Shown: one piece after another, positions 1 through 15,224 of the stretch
How positions within the stretch are numbered: the stretch's first letter is position 1
Layout: each line of letters starts with the position of its first letter
NCBI RefSeq assembly: GCF_009914755.1
Contig: NC_060927.1
From: the human T2T-CHM13v2.0 reference genome, Homo sapiens
Reading direction: 5' to 3' (one strand)
Length of the DNA: 64,000 nt
Position numbers and translations under genes: made by a program
Notes under the pieces: generated by a model
Databases searched by the model: none
What the model was told of the DNA's origin: nothing
The model's input: the letters and a program-made list of their open reading frames with translations, nothing else

Positions 1-99
1 TGAAACAAACCCTAACGAATTACCTAAAGTTAATGTAATCTTCTTCCCTGAGTCTTGTTTTGCTAACAATCATTTCTTTTTTGTTTTGGCCCTCCTATC

Positions 100-441
100 G
101 GTTAGGGTATTTGACCCTCCAAACCTCATGTTGAAATCTGATCCCCAATGCTGGGGGTGGGACCTGGGGAGAGGGTGAGTAAGTCCTTACTGTTAGTTTC
201 TGATCTGCTGGTGAAAAGCCCGTTGCCACCCCCTAGCTCCTCTTCGCCATGTGACCTCTGCACAGGCTGGATCCCTTCACCTTCCCCCATGAGTGGAAGC
301 AGCATGAGGCCCTCACCAGATGCAGGTGCTGGTGCCATGCTTTTTATACAGCCTGCAGAACCATGAACCAAATAGACCTCTTTTCTTTTCAAATCATTCA
401 GCCTCAGGTGTTCCTTAATAGCAGCACCAATGGACTAAGAT
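100..441 (+). mobile_element. MaLR solo LTR (MST-like)
   Basis: ccctccaaacctcatgttgaaat...gccctcaccagatgc...cagcctgcagaaccatga...aatggactaaga are MST/THE1-type LTR motifs. Confidence 0.75.
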
Positions 442-939
442 GAGCCCTGTTTATTTCTGGATTTAACTTATTGTCAAGACCCCTAAAAATCTATCTCGAA
501 AGCTTGTTTCTCTTTTCTATCTCTGCTAAGCAGAAATTGAAATACAAAATATGATTTCAATTCAAAATGAAAAGAAACGCATAAACACAAATATTAAAAA
601 AAGAAAACAGGAAAAAAGGAAGAATGAAATACTTCACTAGGCAAGCTTCTGGTTTTCCAGAGACCAGCCCAATCATCTCAAATATGTCATTAGATAAGAT
701 TCACCTGAGACTCGCCTCTTTCCCTTCCCCACGTGGAGGACACAGTATGGTGGCTGAAAACTCAAGGTGGTGAGGACATGGAAAGGTGAGGGAAGGTGGT
801 GGGCTAACACAGGTATGAACCAGAGGCCTGCAGTTGAGAATGGGGGTGGTGAAGGAGAGACAGAGGTGACAGGTGGAAGAGATGGCCAGTGTGGCTGGAA
901 AACCAGTTACATGGAGCAAACAGGCAAACTGAGCAAAAA

Positions 940-2720
<1,781 letters not shown>

Positions 2721-3329
2721 AAAAAATCACCTAAATACTAAGCAACCACTCCGGGGGTACAATGAGAAGGAAATATAACTATTATCTGGTTCTCTAAACA
2801 TATTATTTTGGGTGTGAGGCCTCAGGATCTGCTGGAAGAGGTGGGTTTTATAACCATAAAGACATAACATTTATAAGAAAACATATCAACAAGCGTACAT
2901 GAATGGAAGGTAACTTGAGAGGGAACAGCAGAATGAACACTGGCCCCAATCTACCTCCCCATCAGTATTGTCTTAGACCGTAAACAAGCCGAAGACAAGG
3001 TCACAAACTTGCTTTGAAGAAGGGCTAGCTTAGTTATAAGGCAAAATCAAATTCTTAATAAATGCTTTAGATTGGGATAATAATGATGATTAAGATAATG
3101 ATAGTTCCCATTAGCAGGGCTAATTATTCCTTAAGAATGATAAAAGTAATTATGCATAAATTTTCACCAGCTAACTGTGAAACTATTTTAGTATGTATAA
3201 AGAACATATTCAGTTCTGTGTGAAAAGCCAATTATATCTCTGTTAGAAACCTCAGGACACAGAATTCAAAACAGTTATACAGAAATTTGTCATTAAATTT
3301 TTGGGGAAAGATTAGGTTACATTATACCC

Positions 3330-3730
3330 AGTAGGTAGCTAAGATTTATTGAGCACTTACTAAGCACCAGGCAGTGTTCTAAGTGCTTTGTATGTGTTAA
3401 CTCGCAGACCACCTCATGAAGGGAACCACGGGGCCTGGGAGACTGGCACAGCTCCTGAGGAACTGGAACAGCCTACTCAGCCCTCAACTGGGCAACTGAG
3501 GGATGACCCAGCGGTCACAGCACTATCATCCCTCTGCCTTAGCAGTTATCCCACTATATGGTGTTTGCTGTCTGCTGGATTCTGCTTGACTCATACTAGG
3601 CTGGAAGCCCTGTGAGGGCAACAACTGCATCTGTCCTTTTCTCATGTGTCTTACTTAGTGCTTAGCACAATGCCTGGGGCATAGAAGATACTGAATAAAT
3701 ATCTGTTGAATGAACAGGAATGAAGAAATA
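3330..3730. mobile_element. MIR fragment followed by L2 3' end
   Basis: atttattgagcacttac...gttctaagtgcttt (MIR); cttagcacaatgcctgg...aataaatatctgttgaatgaa (L2 tail). Confidence 0.6.
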
Positions 3731-4049
3731 ATAGATGGCAACCCAACTGCAGTCTCAGCAAATGTGCTCTGACTCAGCTGGAACAGCCTTGGGTGGGAGG
3801 GCAGCTCCTAAGGGGCTGCAGTGCTGGTGCTGGTTGGTCCGTCAGCTGAGGGCTTGGGCTCGAGAACAGGGCAGTTCTAACGACAATCTGGGTCCTTTCT
3901 CTAACTTGATTAAGCTTTTTTGAACAAAAATGTTAAGTCATTTGGTTATTTATCTAAAAGGAATTTCATCCTTGATATTGAAATGTAATAGTAATAGATA
4001 CACACATGGTGGTTTAAAAAAAAAAGATATTTGGATGAGTATGTTGGGG

Positions 4050-4385
<336 letters not shown>

Positions 4386-4525
4386 TAAAGTGTCCTTTAT
4401 AATTTATTAAAAATCCATGATAAAGTGCCTGCTAAACAAAATACTATTCCTATTTTATGAAAAATGTGAGTTATAAAAATATTAATATTTCTTCCCCTTT
4501 AAAGGAGAGAATAATGTGCAACATA

Positions 4526-4823
4526 TTTTTTTTTTTTTTTTGAGATGGAGTCTCGCTCTGTCACCCAGGCTGCAGTGCAGTGGCATGATCTTCTGCTCAC
4601 TGCAACCTCCGCCTCCCGGGTTCACGCCATTCTCCTGCCTCAGCCTCCCGAGTAGCTGGGATTACAGGCGCCCGCTGCGACGCCCGGCTAATTTTTTGTA
4701 TTTTTAGTAGAGATGGGGTTTCACCGTGTTAGCCAGGATGGTCTCGATCTTCTGACCTCGTGATCCGCCCACCTCGGCCTCCCAAAGTGCTGGGATTACA
4801 GGCGTGTGCCACCATACCCGGCC
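4526..4823 (-). mobile_element. AluY-like
   Basis: gggttcacgccattctcc and ccgtgttagccaggatggtctcgatc diagnostics. Confidence 0.9.
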
Positions 4824-6119
4824 AGATTTTTAAAAAAATCCTACAGTGACAAAGGAAACTGGTTAAAAAGTTCTTACCATTACAACACCAATAACTGAGA
4901 ACTATTTTTTTGATGTGAATAATGGACTAGTTAAATGTTCTGGCCTATCAAAACAACTCTTGGTCACAAAGTAAACTTTTCTGAACATGCAATGAAAAGA
5001 TATATAAGCATGCAATCAACAAGCGATACATGATCGATTCTGCATTTATGACAGGCCAGACATGCAGAATGCTAAAATGTTCCCATTAGTCCAACTTTAA
5101 TGGTTCCTATGTGTTCAGCCTGTTTTCTGGAAAACATGAAGAAAGGATGGTCGGTACCTCAACTAGCCTAGCTTCACCACCACTGGCCTCTACTCCAATT
5201 GAGTGTAACTCTGGAATCAAACAGATCTCCAGACTTCCTGGCTGCATGTCCTGAGGCAAGTTACTTATCCTCTCTGATCCTCAGCTTCCTCATTTGTAAA
5301 CTGGAGAGGTCAGAAAAACATATTAAGTGCTTAGCAAAGCCCTTGCCATTTAAGCAGTTACCATTATTATTCCATGAAGGGAAAAATTCAATTTATTGAG
5401 ATCCTACTATCTATGCTAGTCACTGCTGAGACTCCATACAACCTGATGGCTGTCTCTTAGGCTTAATTACAAAGAAATGCTTTGTGTTTTTCTTGTTTTG
5501 CTTTTTGTTGCCCAAGCATTGTTTAAAAGATGCCACCTCTCCCTCTACTTGAAGGTTAACATATGTCTACCAACTCTGAGATGTCTAAGGATCTCACCAG
5601 CTGCTAGTCTTTCCCAATATTCTTCCTTAGTCCTGTTTGATTTGCTCACCTCCAAAAAGCGTGTTACTAACTGAAAAGCTTTCATGCAACTATTACCTTC
5701 AACTCAATTCAAACACAGACACTGCATCAGAATGGAGTCATATTTAATCCCAACCTTCATCATATATATCTAATCCAGTCTAAATATTCTATGAAGTGAT
5801 AGTCCTTTAACTCCAGCAATGATAGCCCAGAGAACAATATTCTCAGCAATTGGTGACTGTGGCCCCAAGAAAAGAGCTGGGGCCTACTCAACCCACAGTC
5901 CGCCCCCAAATCTCCAAATGCAGTATCCCAATGTGCCCACCCAACACTCCAGAGGGGAGAAGATTTACCACTGACAGAAAGGTAACTGAAATGTCAAAAG
6001 AACATGAAACTGGCAATATATTTTGTGAAATGTCATGGTTCTTTCTGTTCTATGACAGTGTAATAATTGCAAAAATTTCAAAAGGTGGGGAAAAAAAGCT
6101 ATGAACACCATCTCTTGGA

Positions 6120-6370
6120 CCAGAAATATCAAAATGGTGACCTACGGTCCCTGACCATAGATGTTCTGTTTGGGCTTGTACAGTGCTTTAAAAATATTTG
6201 AATCAGTTTTTAAAAATTAGGGGATTTCTCATTTTAAAAATCTAGATTTCTGCCTTTTCTCAAAAAAATTAGATTTTGCACTACTGAATCTGTCTGGCAA
6301 TCTCTAGCTGAGCTGCACACTGACTGCTTGTGTGAGATGGCATGCACCCTCCAGTCACCATGCTTTTCTT
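6120..6370. mobile_element. hAT-Charlie non-autonomous element (MER102-like)
   Basis: gatgttctgtttgggcttgtacagtg...tagatttctgccttttct...ctggcaa resembles MER102 from memory. Confidence 0.45.
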
Positions 6371-6689
6371 CCATGTTCTTTTAAAATCCTGTGGGACAGA
6401 CCTCTGCCGCCAGTAGATAGCCTCTGCTACAGATTGTAAAGTGCTACACAAATGTCATGCAACATATTTGAAAACTCTAAAGTTTTAAAAACTTTAGTTA
6501 TTTAAAAGTGTTATTTAAAAGTCTGATTAGTTTTTACACTTGAGGCTCTGAACATACTTTTCTTTAAGGCAATGACCTTGGCCAAAGATTCTTTAAACCT
6601 GACCTAACAAGACAGCACACCAATGCAGAAGGCAAAAGAGATTCGCAATTTTCACATTCTGGGTTATTCTGGCAATAAGCCAGAGCAAA

Positions 6690-7042
<353 letters not shown>

Positions 7043-7063
7043 CTAAAAAACAAACCTTTATGG

Positions 7064-7177
7064 TCTGAAGAAAACAAAAGCTAAAACTCTTTAATGTGGC
7101 AAGCCTAATAATTAGTTTTTCTGAAGAAAACAAAAGTTAAAAATCTTTAGTGTAACAAGCCTAATAATTAGTGTTTC
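7064..7177. repeat. Tandem duplication, 56 bp x2
   Basis: tctgaagaaaacaaaag...caagcctaataattagt starts at 7064 and 7120, about 5-6 mismatches. Confidence 0.9.
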
Positions 7178-8371
7178 TTCCCCTCTAAAAAAAGCATCCC
7201 CTTAGCATGCATACACACAAATCCACACATGTACACCAAGGCACATCTTACAAATTCCAGAAGTACACCAGGGTTTTACTCCAGACTTGGAAAGAGTCCT
7301 CTCTCTGGAAAATGCAGACAGCTTAGTCACATGCTTTATTTTTTCTGTGATGCATCTCAGTTTGCAGTGAGAGGTTTTGACTACAGGGCTTCTTGATATG
7401 GGTAAGTTTAAAAAGGTTACTAAACTCTCTTCCCTGAAGAAATGGAAATACACTGTATGGATATTTCACAGGAGTGATGGGGGTAATTTTTTCAGGTTCC
7501 TCTATGATCTTTAAGATTCCCAAAGAGATCAGTTACCTGACTGAATTCACTGTGCGTGACAACTATCAAGGGGTTATAGGTACTGGTATTCTTGTCATAT
7601 TTATGTATTTTTAATTAAACTCTCTGATATCCCCTATTGGTATTTCAAAATAGATTTATTTTGAAAAGCTACACTACATAAAGGACTGACATTTTGGCAA
7701 AGAAGCAGGTAATAAGAGAGAGTTCCTCCTCCCGCAAGTTTTCAAATGAATATTAATCAATGCTTTAAAAATGCCACCTGTTGTACTGTGGAGCACATCT
7801 GCTTAAAAGTAGTTTACAGGTAATAGTTTCTAACTTTTCTTGGCTTTGCTGACACAGTTTAACATGCTCACGATGCATACCAATCACCTCACTTTTACAG
7901 TGAGAAATGAGAATCTTCAAACTCAGTGGGATAATAACGCTGACTGTACACCTATGGCATATTTTAACTCATATAGGAGAGAAAAGGCATGTAAAATGGT
8001 TTCCAACAAAGGCAAACTTATCAGGTGAATCCATTGCAGAGGCCAAGCTGCAGCCCTCTGAGAGGTGAGGCCTGTATGGCCTCCTGACTCACCATCTAAC
8101 CAATTGCTACCTCTGCAGTGCATGAGGAGAACACCATCAACATCATTTCCCACACCTGCAATTAGGATTTTTATGACAATTTAATCTAGAGTACTAAAAA
8201 AACCCCTTAATTTAAGGAATACAACATACCAAATATACCTTATAAATTTTCTTTTGTTCCTTTAAAAGAAAAATTATACAGCCATTCACATACACATAAG
8301 ATAAAATATATGAAAACCGAATTGCCTAAAATCAAGAGAATGGTAAATAATGTCATACTGAATAGCCAGAG

Positions 8372-8560
8372 CTACACTGTCTAATAGTGCAACTTCTAGT
8401 CACATGTGGCTATTTAAAATACAATTACACTGAAATTCAATTCCTCAGTCACATTAACCATATTTCAAGTGTTCACATATGGCTAAGAGCTACTGTATTG
8501 AAGAATGCAGATACACAGAACATTTCCAGCAATGCAGAAAGTTCTATTGGACAGTGCTGG
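8372..8560. mobile_element. MER3/MER33-like hAT element
   Basis: cactgtctaatag...cacatgtggcta...gaaagttctattggacagtgctg termini. Confidence 0.75.
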
Positions 8561-9999
8561 GGTAGAGGAAATACCCACAGCAAACATGTTGGTAACCAAC
8601 ATCTTTCCACCACTGTATGGTACTAAAAACTTACTTTTTTGTCTTAGAATAAACAGTCTAAATAAGCACCTTAATTCATTTCACTTTGAATCCATGGATT
8701 AAAACTGGTTTGAATGTCAGGATTCACTTACTGGTGACTCCCCACTGATAATACAACTTGACAACATAGTTTAAACATAGAGCCTTGTTTCCCCGTGTTA
8801 TTCATTAATTTAAGCTGATCACATATAACTAAAGTTAAAACCACACAGGCTCTTAGCCTGGAAATCTCGTGTGCTTATTTGGAGAACTACTATTTTAAGC
8901 CCAAGGTAATGATTTTTTCTTCCTTCACTCTCATTCCTTTTCTATGACAGTTTCCTAAAGTGAAAAGTCAAGCATCTTTTGTTAATCCCAGAACTGCAAG
9001 TAACCAGATTTAGCTCTAAACAGGCTTCCCACTATTGGAAAGTAGCATCAATACATATGTTAAGATACCACCCGACAGTATAGACACATCTTATGCTTGA
9101 AGAGAATGTATTCCAACAAGCTTGTCAAAAATTTCACCATCAAAAATAGGAGTAATGTAGGAGACCCCATGGATACATCCAGAAGATAAATTAAATGAGA
9201 GGGGGTTAGTATCATATTTTAGAAGGCTAACCAAAATGCTAAATGCACTGAAAAACCTATAATCTGGAAGTCCTGGGGCAGAGGGAGAGGAAGAAGTTGA
9301 TCAGTGCTCAAGCCTGAAGGGACTGGTGTCTGCCAGGACAGTCTGGAATGGGGTAGGCTAGGGCAGGGACAGCTCTGAGTCCTAGGGGAACCTCAGGACC
9401 GTAGGATATTTTTCTCTGGGGCTCCTAGGTCAGGACCTGGCCCTTCCTCTCCTGAATGAGATTTCCCCAAATTAAGATAACTGTGCAGACTTCTGGTATA
9501 AATGTCCCTTCTTGCGTTAGAATTGACAACTAGGAATGGTGTATATCAGATTTTAGCCCTTGAGGTGAGAGAGCCAAAAAAAAAAAAAAGGCCCTGAGAA
9601 GCTTCCCATGTCTAGGTGTTTTCAGGAGCAGAGTCACCACAGGGAGGAGGGTGCAGGGTGCAGTGGAGGTGAGCCCAGAGCAGAAAAAGATTAACATTAA
9701 AGACAAGTGAAACCAATTTCCTGATTTTGCTGAGCTTGGAACCTATCCAACTATTACTTGGCAAAGAGGTCCTGTATAAAGTACAGTATAAAGTGGTGGT
9801 AACATTGGATTCTGTGGTTTAAGAAGACGCTTGCTTGCTTGCTTTCTCTTTCTTTTACATGTAACTAACTAAATCATCATCAGGGGATATTACATTTTAA
9901 ACAACAACTGAGTTCTGGTGGAATTTTTCAAGGGCTATAAAGGAACTAAGACAACAGGAGAAAGATGCAACATGGGATGACAGAAGTGAGCCCACTCTT

Positions 10000-10325
10000 G
10001 GCCGGTGTGGTGGCTCATGCCTGTAATTCCAGCACTCTGGGAGGCCGAGGCAGGAGGATTGTGTGAGGCCAGGAATTGGAAACGAGCCTGGGCAATGGTT
10101 CGAGACCGTGCCTCTACAAAAATAAATAAATAAATAATAAAAAATTAGCTGAGTGTGGTGGTGTGCACCTGTAGTCCCAGCTACTCAGGAGGCCAAGGCT
10201 GGAGAATAGCTTGATCCCAGGAGTTTGAGACTGCAGTGAGATGACTGTGTCACTGCACTCCAGCCTGGGTGATGACAGGATGACAGAGCAGGACCCTGTC
10301 TCCAAACAAAAAAAAAAAAAAAAAA
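10000..10325 (+). mobile_element. AluJ
   Basis: Diverged dimeric Alu with A-tail followed by (GA)n. Confidence 0.93.
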
Positions 10326-12169
10326 GAGAGAGAGAGAGAAGTGAATCTACACTGAACCTAAAAGATCTAAATATTTTTTCAATATTTTGAAATAAAATCT
10401 TCATACACTGTACAAGGAAAATGTTGGAAAGGGACAGGCAGAAAAACACTGAGAGAAAAATAGACATTCTGATTTTGCCAAAACCATCTATGCTAAATAT
10501 AGGTAACGGCAAAAGGATCCAGCTAGCTATGAGATAACTAACACAATCTTTAAGTGGAAATGCCACTAAGTGCTGCTGCATTTGTCTAGAAGCTGCCTCA
10601 AGTTTGACAGTGTCTGATTAACAATCAAATAAGGAGACTTTTTTTTTTTTTTTACCTTTAAGAGAGGTGTTATTTTAAAATGAAGGTGATGTAAATCCAC
10701 CTACAAGAATATTTAAAATAGAAAGTAACCAAATGGAGTAGGGTGGAGGATTTTAGACATTCAGCTTTTAGTGGGGACAAAGGATACTGAATATAACTCA
10801 ATGGCCTCTGCTAACTGAGCTGCAGTGTCACTGTGGAAAGGGCACTGGGGCTAGATGACAGGACGGCACAGCTTTGGTCCAAGCACAGGGCCCAAGGAAG
10901 AAATGATGTGCCCCTGACACAGCATCTCATCTCCTCATCTGAATGATGGGGGTAAGAAGCTGCCTTTCTGCCTCACCATGATACCACGTTCACGGATGGC
11001 GCATGCTGGGAAGTCCACAACACAGCTATCAGGGATAACACAGAAGGCGTGCGGCCACAGGAGACACGCCAACCAGGGAAGTGGCCTCAGAGGCAGGAAG
11101 AACACGAGCACACTGTGACCCAGCTGGAGGACCCAGCAGGGAGGAAAAACCCCAACAACGAAAACAGGTCCGGAAGCAGGGGCATTAGGACATTATGTAT
11201 CTGGTGTTTTGGCTTCTACAAGAGTTGAACGGAAGAGGGAAAGAGGAAGAAAGGAAAACCGTGTTCTCTCTCTGAAGGAAGTGGCACTCCTCTGCACAAA
11301 AGCCGCTGGCTGCTTTGTAAGGGTTTCAGAAGCTGCTCAGTGAAAACCTGCATGCTGGAGACCTTGAGTTCTCTCTCGATAACTGCCACCTTGTTCTCAT
11401 ATATCCTTCTCACTTCATCTTCACAAAAACGGCAGTATAGCAGACAGGGCAGATATTAGTATTATTATTTTACAGATGAGAAAAACAAGACTTGGCAAGT
11501 TGAAGTGCTTCATCCTGTCACAAGGTAAATGTTAAAGCCCAAACTCATCAACCCTTCACCTAAATTTTGGGTGCTAAGCCTCCACATTCTAGAATACTGA
11601 GTTCTAATTACCTAGAAAAGAATAAAACTGTCCAGGTGAGGTGACACTTTTGAGGAATCCCAGGAAGAGGTGTCGGCACTGTGTTACCTCAGGTGGGAAT
11701 GGCCTCTGAACTGATCTCCCTGACAGCTCTGTGAAGAGATCTCCCTAATGGCTCTGGCCCACAGCATGAAGCACATGCCTGCTACAGACCCTTCCCAGCA
11801 ACTCCACCCCAGTGTGAGGCAGCTGGATTCCTTGGGCCTCTCTCTTAAAAACAAACCAAAGTCAGTCTTGCTTCTTCAGTGCAATGATTTCAGATCTTCC
11901 TCTGCTTTAAGGCAGGCTCCTTAAGCTTCCTCTTACCTAGTCATCAGCAAAGACGCTGGATTTTGGACAGAGCACCAGAAATTCCACAGTATCTTTACTT
12001 AGCAGTTTAAGGGAACTCTAAGGTTTTCATTCTTCAAGAATGAAACAATGGCTCTTGGAGTTAGAAAAGAGATGCTGAGATTGGGTTAGGCTTCAAGTAA
12101 ACTAAGTAGAAAAGTAAATTAAATCAAGGGAAGGTCACAAAAATTACAGCACAACACATAGGTATCTTA

Positions 12170-12350
12170 GATCATTTCTCAAACCTTGGAATTCTTAAAA
12201 TTATTTGAGAAGCCTAATAAAAATTCAGATTCCCTGGTCCCACTCCCAGACATTCTGTATCAAGTGTAAGGTGGGTCCTGGAATATGCGTTTTTAATAAG
12301 CCCTCTGGGTGATTCTGGTCCAAATAGTGCATACATCCTAGTTTGAGAAA
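12170..12350. mobile_element. MER5-like hAT element
   Basis: tttctcaaacctt...cagattccctggtcccactcccaga...gggtgattctg...agtttgagaa. Confidence 0.7.
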
Positions 12351-12644
12351 GAGTCTTAGAACTTTTAAGGAGAGAGGCTAATTAGAAGGATTCATCTCAG
12401 AGCACTTGAGCAGTAAAAAAACAGAGAAGCAATGTGTTGCAGATAAGCACCTAGGGCCCACAATTGATGTGTACATCTGATGTACAGATGATTTAGCAGG
12501 AGAATCATATCCTAATGTGAATATGGCATGGTGGAACTGTTGAGGAGGAAAAGCATCTATGGATCTCACACAGGCATTTCCACTCCATAGGGGAGTGAGA
12601 GAAGTCAGCACAACAAAAGTTAAAAACATTATGTTTACGTCAGG

Positions 12645-12763
12645 TTTTCTTGTTTTTTGTTTTGTAGAGATGAGGTCTCACTATGTTGCCCCAGCTGGTG
12701 TTGAACTCCTGCCTCAGCCTCCCAAAGTGCTGATATCACAGGTGTGAGCCACTGTGCCCGGCC
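12645..12763 (-). mobile_element. Alu left monomer/FLAM with internal deletion
   Basis: tttgtagagatgaggtctcactatgttgcc...gagccactgtgcccggcc. Confidence 0.88.
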
Positions 12764-14010
12764 ACCATCATGTTTTTAAAGGGTGAGAAGGTGGCAGCTC
12801 TGATGCAGCAGAAAGACCCTGGATTTAGAATCCAATCCTGACTCTGCCATTTATTGGGTGTGCAATAGTCACTTTGCTGCTGTAGCTTCCAAACTCTAAA
12901 TGGAGACTACAAGCTACCTATCTCAAGGCATGGTTGTTAAGAGAGAATGATCATAATGTACTTTAATAAAGCCCTCTGTAAACTATAACATATCAAACAA
13001 AAACCAATGCTATTGTAAAAAATATAAAGGAGGTTACTTTCTTAAACACTAATAACAAGATTTTCGCAAGCATCCTGCTGAAAAGTTGGTGAGAATGTAA
13101 GTTAAGTGTCACAAAGCCCAGCAGCAAGCCAGAAGGGGGCGGGACACAGCTGGCTTGTTTCGCCAGAGCTTTTGTTTGTTCATTTATATGGTCTCTTGGA
13201 AAGGAAAAAGGTGGATGGGGTATTTGCTATGTTAGGTCAAGGAAAAGCATGTGAGCATACGGATCACAATTCTTTTTTTCTTTTCTTGCCTCTGTGTATT
13301 GATTCAAATTTTTTCATTAATATCCTGCTGATCAAGGTGTCACACTAGCTGATGGGTAGATCCTTACACATAAGAGAAAACCATCTGATCACTTTTTAGT
13401 TTCACAATGTACGTGATGACATTTATGTGACTAGCATTCCAAAGGGTAGAGAATTAAAATGACAAGCAATGATGCATGTCCCATAGGGCTTCTTAAAAGG
13501 AAATATACCTCACGTGAAAAAAGTAGAGTCTAGTCTGAAAAGGTTATATAGGCTACACCCTAGCACATCATGTACAGGTACAGAAAAACAAGGGAGATGA
13601 GCAAAGGAAACACGCAGGGCAGAGGGGGTGGAGCAGGAGTCCAAATTCACATGTAATGTGATTAAAATGAAGAATTCTTGTCCACTTTAGAGGGGAATAT
13701 GATATAAAAAGAAACTGAGAAATGATAGTAGTGTGAAAAGAATTTGAACATTACTACAAGAAAGTGAGATATATGTGATTAAGCAGTTATTTCTAAGGTC
13801 AATTTCCTTATGCATTAATTATACAGTTCCCACCATTAAAGTAAGCAGAGTTGAATATTAAGGAAAATAAAGACATTTTTAAGATGCTTCAGGAAATCGA
13901 AGAACAGAAGTCATATGTGATGTTATACAGAACAAATTGAACTATAGCTAATATGAAACTCCAAGGCAGGAAAAATAGCATTTGGCCAAGAGAAGGGTCC
14001 AGGGAACAGT

Positions 14011-14225
14011 TGACAGAGAGCAAGCACTGGCCTCTGAGGGGCCACAGCAACAGCCTTTTCAAGGTGACATATAGCAAGCACTGGCCTCTGAGGGGCCACA
14101 GCAACAGCCTTTTCAAGGTGACAGATAGTAAGCACTGGCCTCTGAGGGGCCACAGCAACAGGCTTTTCAAGGTGACATATAGCAAGTACTGGCCTCTGAG
14201 GGGCCACAGCAACAGGCTTTTCAAG
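14011..14225. repeat. Minisatellite, 54-bp unit x ~4
   Basis: Units start at 14011, 14065, 14119 and 14173; consensus tgacakatagcaagcactggcctctgaggggccacagcaacagscttttcaagg. Confidence 0.97.
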
Positions 14226-15224
14226 TTAGCTGTCGAAGACGTAGGGCAGGGATGGAGGGCACCTACTGCTCTAAACAAAACAATGAATGAGGAGTTCTGT
14301 GCAGAGAAAAAGAGAATGAGGAGAAAAGAACCATGATCCTAGGACAGCAGAAACGCTGAAGTCCAATTACAAGTGAAAAGAGTAAGTCAATTCATCAACA
14401 GTGCATATGTAAAAACAAGAGGATCCAAGAGGCGATGGGAAGACAATAAAATATACTGAAGAATGTACTACATACTTCAGAAAATGATATGCCTTTTCTT
14501 TTTCTTTTCCTTTTTTTTTTTGGCAGGTAAAGAAAATGATATGTTAATGTTAGCAGAAATTGAGTCACTCTGGTTGTAGAGAAACAATTTTGAATATGGA
14601 AATTGAATGAGTATATAACAAATTACTGTAAAGCTCAAATGTGATAATGTATGTGAAACCGTCTGTTATATGTTAAGTCCTTTGCATCTGGCAGGCAGCA
14701 TGGTTATGGAGGATGACACCAAGTCCATGTACCTATAATCCACAGAGACATTTAATAGCTTTGCAAGCCAACCAGTTTCAATGATCTACACAGGAAATCC
14801 TGGCAAATGTTGCTAACAGCAACTTGACTAATAGAATTGCCTGATTTGAGTTGTAAAGCATTTTTGACGTACCTGTCTACCTGCTTTGGCAGATGTGCTC
14901 ATAGCTGAGGAGTGGTCACTAAGTGGAAGGGAGGAAGCAGAGCCCATGAAGAATCTATCAACTGGTGGATTAGCACCTGGACAATTAATATTTGACTATA
15001 TTGGCAAAGTGATTGGATATTTCATAGTGAACAATACTTTGACTTCATGTACCTAGCACTTAATTACTGAAAGTACATTAATTATCTATTTAAGAATGTA
15101 AATGAGTTACTACTAGGAAGAAGTTTTAGGTCATTGGAGACTATTGGAAGATAAAATTATGAGTTGTTGGTTAAAATGAAAAGGAAATGGTATCTACACA
15201 AAAGTATGAGAGGAAGAAATATCG

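Noticed and set aside
11216-11413. ORF RRIYENKVAVIERELKV... that looks coiled-coil-like
   Set aside because: No recognisable homologue, no convincing splice sites, and not part of the HACD2 protein.
13889-14336. 127-129 aa ORFs on both strands with repeated WPLRG; CRISPR-like appearance
   Set aside because: They arise from a 54-bp stop-poor tandem repeat; the units are contiguous with no unique spacers and there are no cas genes.
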